From: Lama guanicoe
Lineage: Eukaryota
Assembly: GCA_013239625.1 (NCBI GenBank)
Contig: MU053376.1
Span: 1,450,833-1,514,832, forward strand
Length of the DNA stretch: 64,000 nt
Reading direction: 5' to 3'
The position numbers and the translations under genes are program-made. Of this stretch, positions 60,256 to 64,000 are shown piece by piece. Under the pieces are notes generated by a model, which was not told where the DNA came from, searched no databases, and worked only from the letters and a program-made list of their open reading frames with translations. The stretch's first letter is position 1; the number at the start of each line of letters is the position of its first letter.

Positions 60256-60692
60256 TGTGGTAGGCACAATAACGGTCCCTGAAAAAAGGTGCATGACCTA
60301 ATCTCTGGAACCTGTGAATGTGGGGAGGAGAATTGGGTTGCTAATCAGCTGATCTTAATGTGAAATTAACTTGGATTATCTGGGTGGACCTCATGTAATC
60401 ACAAGGGTCCTTAAAAAGTGGCAGATGGGGACAGGAAAGGTCAGAAAGACAAGATGTGAGAATGACTTGACCAGCCTTTGCTGGCTCTGAAGACAGAAGA
60501 AAGGGACCATGGGCCAAGGAACGTGGATGGCCTCGAGAAGACAGAAAAGGTAAGAAAATGATTCTTCCCTGTAGCCTCTAGAAAGGAATGCGACCCTGCC
60601 AACAACTTACTTTTAGCCCACTGTGACCCATTTTAGATCTCTAGAATTCTAAAATAAATTTCTGTTGTTTTAAGCCATTAAACAAAACTAAT
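60256..60692 (+). mobile_element. MaLR solo LTR (MLT1D-like), inserted in a MIR
   Basis: tgtggtaggcacaataacggtccc...ctggaacctgtgaatg...gtaatcacaagggtccttaaaa...agcctctagaaaggaatgcgaccctgccaac...aataaatttctgttgttttaagcca. Confidence 0.85.
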
Positions 60693-60749
60693 AATGTTTA
60701 TGTATTTTTCAATAAGAAAAAAATACTAAAAAAGCAATTAAACCCTTAA

Positions 60750-61225
60750 CAGTTCTCCACTACAAGGTGAAGTTCAATGCCTTGGCATGGCCTATGGAGC
60801 TCTCCTTGTTTGGCTCTATCTCCAACCTCATTTTCTCCCAGTGCCCTTCTTCCTCCCCAACCCTGCACAGCTTCAGCTGTAATAAACATCCACTGTCCTT
60901 CAAGCAAGCTCTGCTGTTTATTGCATGGCCTCATACCTTTATTCACTTTATTCTGTCTAAAATTGCGTCTCTTCTTGTTCTCCAGCTGGCAGCTCTCCTC
61001 CAGCTGGACTGCCCTCTCTTCCATGAGGCTTTTCCTGATCTTCCTCCTTGTCCTCCATCACTGCAAGAAGTAGCCTCCTGCAGCGAGATGCTGTCCTTTT
61101 ACATTCTGGCCCCGTTCTGGACCGCCCTTCCTGGACAGAAACCTTCTCTTCCCCAGGCCTTCATCCCATGCATCTAATTAAGTACCTGGTACATGGTAAG
61201 TATGTCACTACTGGTTAAATTAATG
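60750..61225 (+). mobile_element. L2 3' fragment
   Basis: gttcaatgccttggcatggcct...ttccatgaggcttttcctga...agtacctggtacatggtaag. Confidence 0.6.
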
Positions 61226-61562
61226 ACCTATACAACCTGTCCATGCTCGTTCTAACCTTATTTCCCACTGCTGTACAACAGGAGCCCTTTGGTCATGGCT
61301 ACTTCCTAAACCTGTGTAAAAAATTCTAAACCTCCTTTTCTCCCAACCTGAAATCCTTTCCCACTTCTTTCTTGATTTATATCCATCTCATGTCTCACTT
61401 CCCTTTAAGAAATCTTTTTTGACCTCCTTCTTTGGACTTCTATGGCATAGATCTTTATACCCCCCACTGTAAACTGGATACATAAAAGGTATGTAATCAA
61501 AAATGATTGAAATGTGAATACAATTATATGAAAAAAATCCATGCATTAAAAAATGAATTGAT

Positions 61563-61655
61563 GGGAGAGGATATAGCTCAGTGGTAGAGCACATGCCTGG
61601 CATGCAGGAGGTCCTGGGTTCAATCCCCAGTACCTCCATTAAAAAAAAAGAAAGT
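61563..61655 (+). mobile_element. Vic-1-like SINE, short form
   Basis: A and B boxes, A tail, degenerate TSD aaaaaatgaattga / aaaaaagtgaactga. Confidence 0.85.
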
Positions 61656-62187
61656 TAAAAAAGTGAACTGAACACAAATTTATCAAAATGTAAATGGGTT
61701 CTGTTTGGGTTGTGGGGCTATAGGTGGTTTGGATTTTCCTTCTTTTCTCCATTTTCCTTAATGAGTAGATTGAAATTTTTCATTATAAAAGTATTTGAAA
61801 ACCTGTATGCCCATTTAATAAATTACTCTTTATTTTCACCATACGGAAAGTTTATTATGTGGGGAAACTTTAAGGATGCCACCACCAAAACACACACATA
61901 CAAAATGGGAGGCAGTGTATTGTATGTAGTAAAGGGAGTTTCTGGAGTCATCCTGCTTAAGGTTAAAAGTCAGTTTGCCACTCACTAGCTGTCTAACCTT
62001 GAGCAAAGTCTTAATTTTTGTGCCTTAAGTCTCTATATATGTAGAATCATAGGGTCATCATGAAAATAAAAATAAATCCATGTGAAATGCTGAGAAGAAT
62101 ATGTACTTGGCTTCCAAAAACACTCAGATGTTACTACTGGCAGCAACAGTTGAAAATGGAATGACTGTTAAAATCCCTGTACTTGCA

Positions 62188-62282
62188 TATATAAAATAAG
62201 CAAGGTCCTACTGCACAGCACAGGAACTATATTCAGTATCTTGTAATAAACTATAATGGATAAGAATAAAAAATAGATTTAA
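62188..62282 (+). mobile_element. ~95-bp L1 3'UTR fragment with 18-bp TSD
   Basis: aaggtcctactgcacagcacaggaactatattcagtatcttgtaataaac; TSD aaaatc(c/t)ctgtacttgca at 62170-62187 and 62283-62300. Confidence 0.8.
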
Positions 62283-63017
62283 AAAATCTCTGTACTTGCA
62301 AACAAGAAAGCAGATAATCAAAATTAAAAGACACTCATTGCATTTGGGTGGCATATCTTAGTAAGTGGAACATGTCAAACAACTCAGGACATACCTGCAC
62401 TGCATGCTATTCAAGTCACACATAATTTGGTCCCAAATTTAATTACCCATGTCTTTATTCCACACGTGAACATGGTCTCAAAATCTATGTAACACAGACC
62501 AAGAGTTTCAAACCCAGAAGGGGACAGTTCTGTTTCTCTAAATGTCTGGGCTTAGTTTTCTAAAATAGGTTTTTCAGGTCAGATGCTTCCCAGAAAGTAA
62601 ATGACAGAATGGAGATGGGGAAATTAGAAGATTTGCAGTTATGTCTTGGCTTTATTACAAATTCAACCGGCTGCTTTTCAGTCAGTCAAATTTTGAGATA
62701 CTTGTTCCCTCAAACATAAAGTAGGAAGAAATATTTGCTTTCTTATTTCCAAGATAGTGTAAGAAGCACACACAACTCACAGATCTGAGGGAAGAGTTTG
62801 TACCAAATCAGATATTGGCATCCAGGACTACTGCACTGCCCTTCTCATATCAGGATAAATCATAAAATCTTCCTTTCCTATCTGCTTTCTCCTCTTTACT
62901 CCTACATATTACATACTACATACTACATATGGATGGACTTTGGGTGTAAATCAAATTAGAATGTGAAGAAAAGGTATCAAAACAGCACCACCACAGCATA
63001 ACATAATATTAAATGAA

Positions 63018-63455
63018 TGCAGTGGTAAATTTTGTGCATCACTTGGCTAGGCCATGGAGTGATATTTGGTCAAACATTACTCTGCGTGTTTCTGTGAGGG
63101 TGTTTTTGGAGGAGATCAACATTTAAATCAGTACATGGAGTAAAGCAGATTGTTCTCCCTAATGTGGGTGGGCCTCACCCAATCAGTTGAAGGCCATAAT
63201 AGAACAAAAAGTTGACCCTGGCCTGAGTAAGAAACAATTCTCTTGCCTGGTGGCCTCTAAACTGCAATATCAGCTCTTCCAGTCTGCCAGCCTTAGGAGT
63301 TGAACTGGGACATCAGCTCCACAGGTTTTGGGCTTGCCAACCTTCATAATCACACTGGCAAAATTCTTATAATAAATCCCTTTGTGTATGTGTATATAAA
63401 CACCCCCCCACACACAGACATCTTACTAGTTCTGTTTTCCTAGAGCACCCTAAGG
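63018..63455 (+). mobile_element. ERVL solo LTR (MLT2-like)
   Basis: ggtaaattttgtgcatcacttggctaggcca...gtaaagcagattgttctccctaatgtgggtgggcctcacccaatcagttgaaggcc...ttctgttttcctagagcaccctaa. Confidence 0.85.
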
Positions 63456-64000
63456 GAGAGATATACCATTATTATACTGAAACTGCAGATAAAACTGGAG
63501 AGAATTCAGATTATGCTTGAAAGCCAAAGAGAAGCAGGTTTTTCTAAGGACCACAGAGGTCACATGCAGATATATTCTCAAGTCTCTAGTATTTATGGCT
63601 GAATCAAAAATGTATGTAGCGTTCTTACCAACACACATTTCCTAGTGGCTTCCTACCTATTCCAACTCACAGCTTTGGGGGATTATTTGGCTTTAATAAA
63701 TGACTCACTTATTAAGCTGAGGACTCTTCCTATACAGAGTAAACCAAGTGGGGTGAAGGAGAAAAGGACATAGGTTTGTTTCCTTGAGCATCTGATCACT
63801 GGGTTTTATGGAATAGCTACCATGGAGATTTTTCCATCTTCTAACCATGGCCTTAAATCATGTCAAAAGCAGGTCACTGCCTACAAAAGGATGACAGGCA
63901 GGAAAAGCCTCATGTTAGATGGGACAGTGTCCTGAGGACAGAAGACAAACCACCAAAGGAAACGAGTTAAATCTGGAGAGAAAAGGAAAAAATGAGGAAC

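Noticed and set aside
61700..64000. Possible RAB29 3' end, expected upstream of NUCKS1 by synteny
   Set aside because: No Rab GTPase exon is recognisable; the region is mostly MIR/L1/MLT2, so the gene probably lies beyond the window.

Overview
Mammalian genomic DNA, most likely a camelid: it carries six copies of a tRNA-derived SINE resembling Vic-1, plus MIR, L2, L1, MER and MLT relics. The window covers part of the region syntenic to the human PARK16 locus. It holds the complete NUCKS1 gene on the minus strand: 7 coding exons at 54243-30425, 732 nt, 243 aa, all GT-AG junctions checked by hand, a CpG-island promoter at ~53.3-54.7 kb and a ~5.3 kb 3'UTR. It also holds the CpG-island promoter and non-coding exon 1 of SLC45A3 on the minus strand (~2645-2746). 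No prokaryote-type system, CRISPR array or RNA gene is supported. The most interesting unexplained signals are: a candidate 81-nt poison exon in NUCKS1 intron 3 whose 5' splice site lies inside a nested hairpin; a candidate 83-nt exon in intron 6 that would replace the C-terminus; inverted SINEs flanking exons 2-5; a scrambled L1 in intron 4; and a 73-bp dispersed direct repeat upstream of NUCKS1. Gene and repeat-family names come from recognition of remembered sequences, not from database searches.
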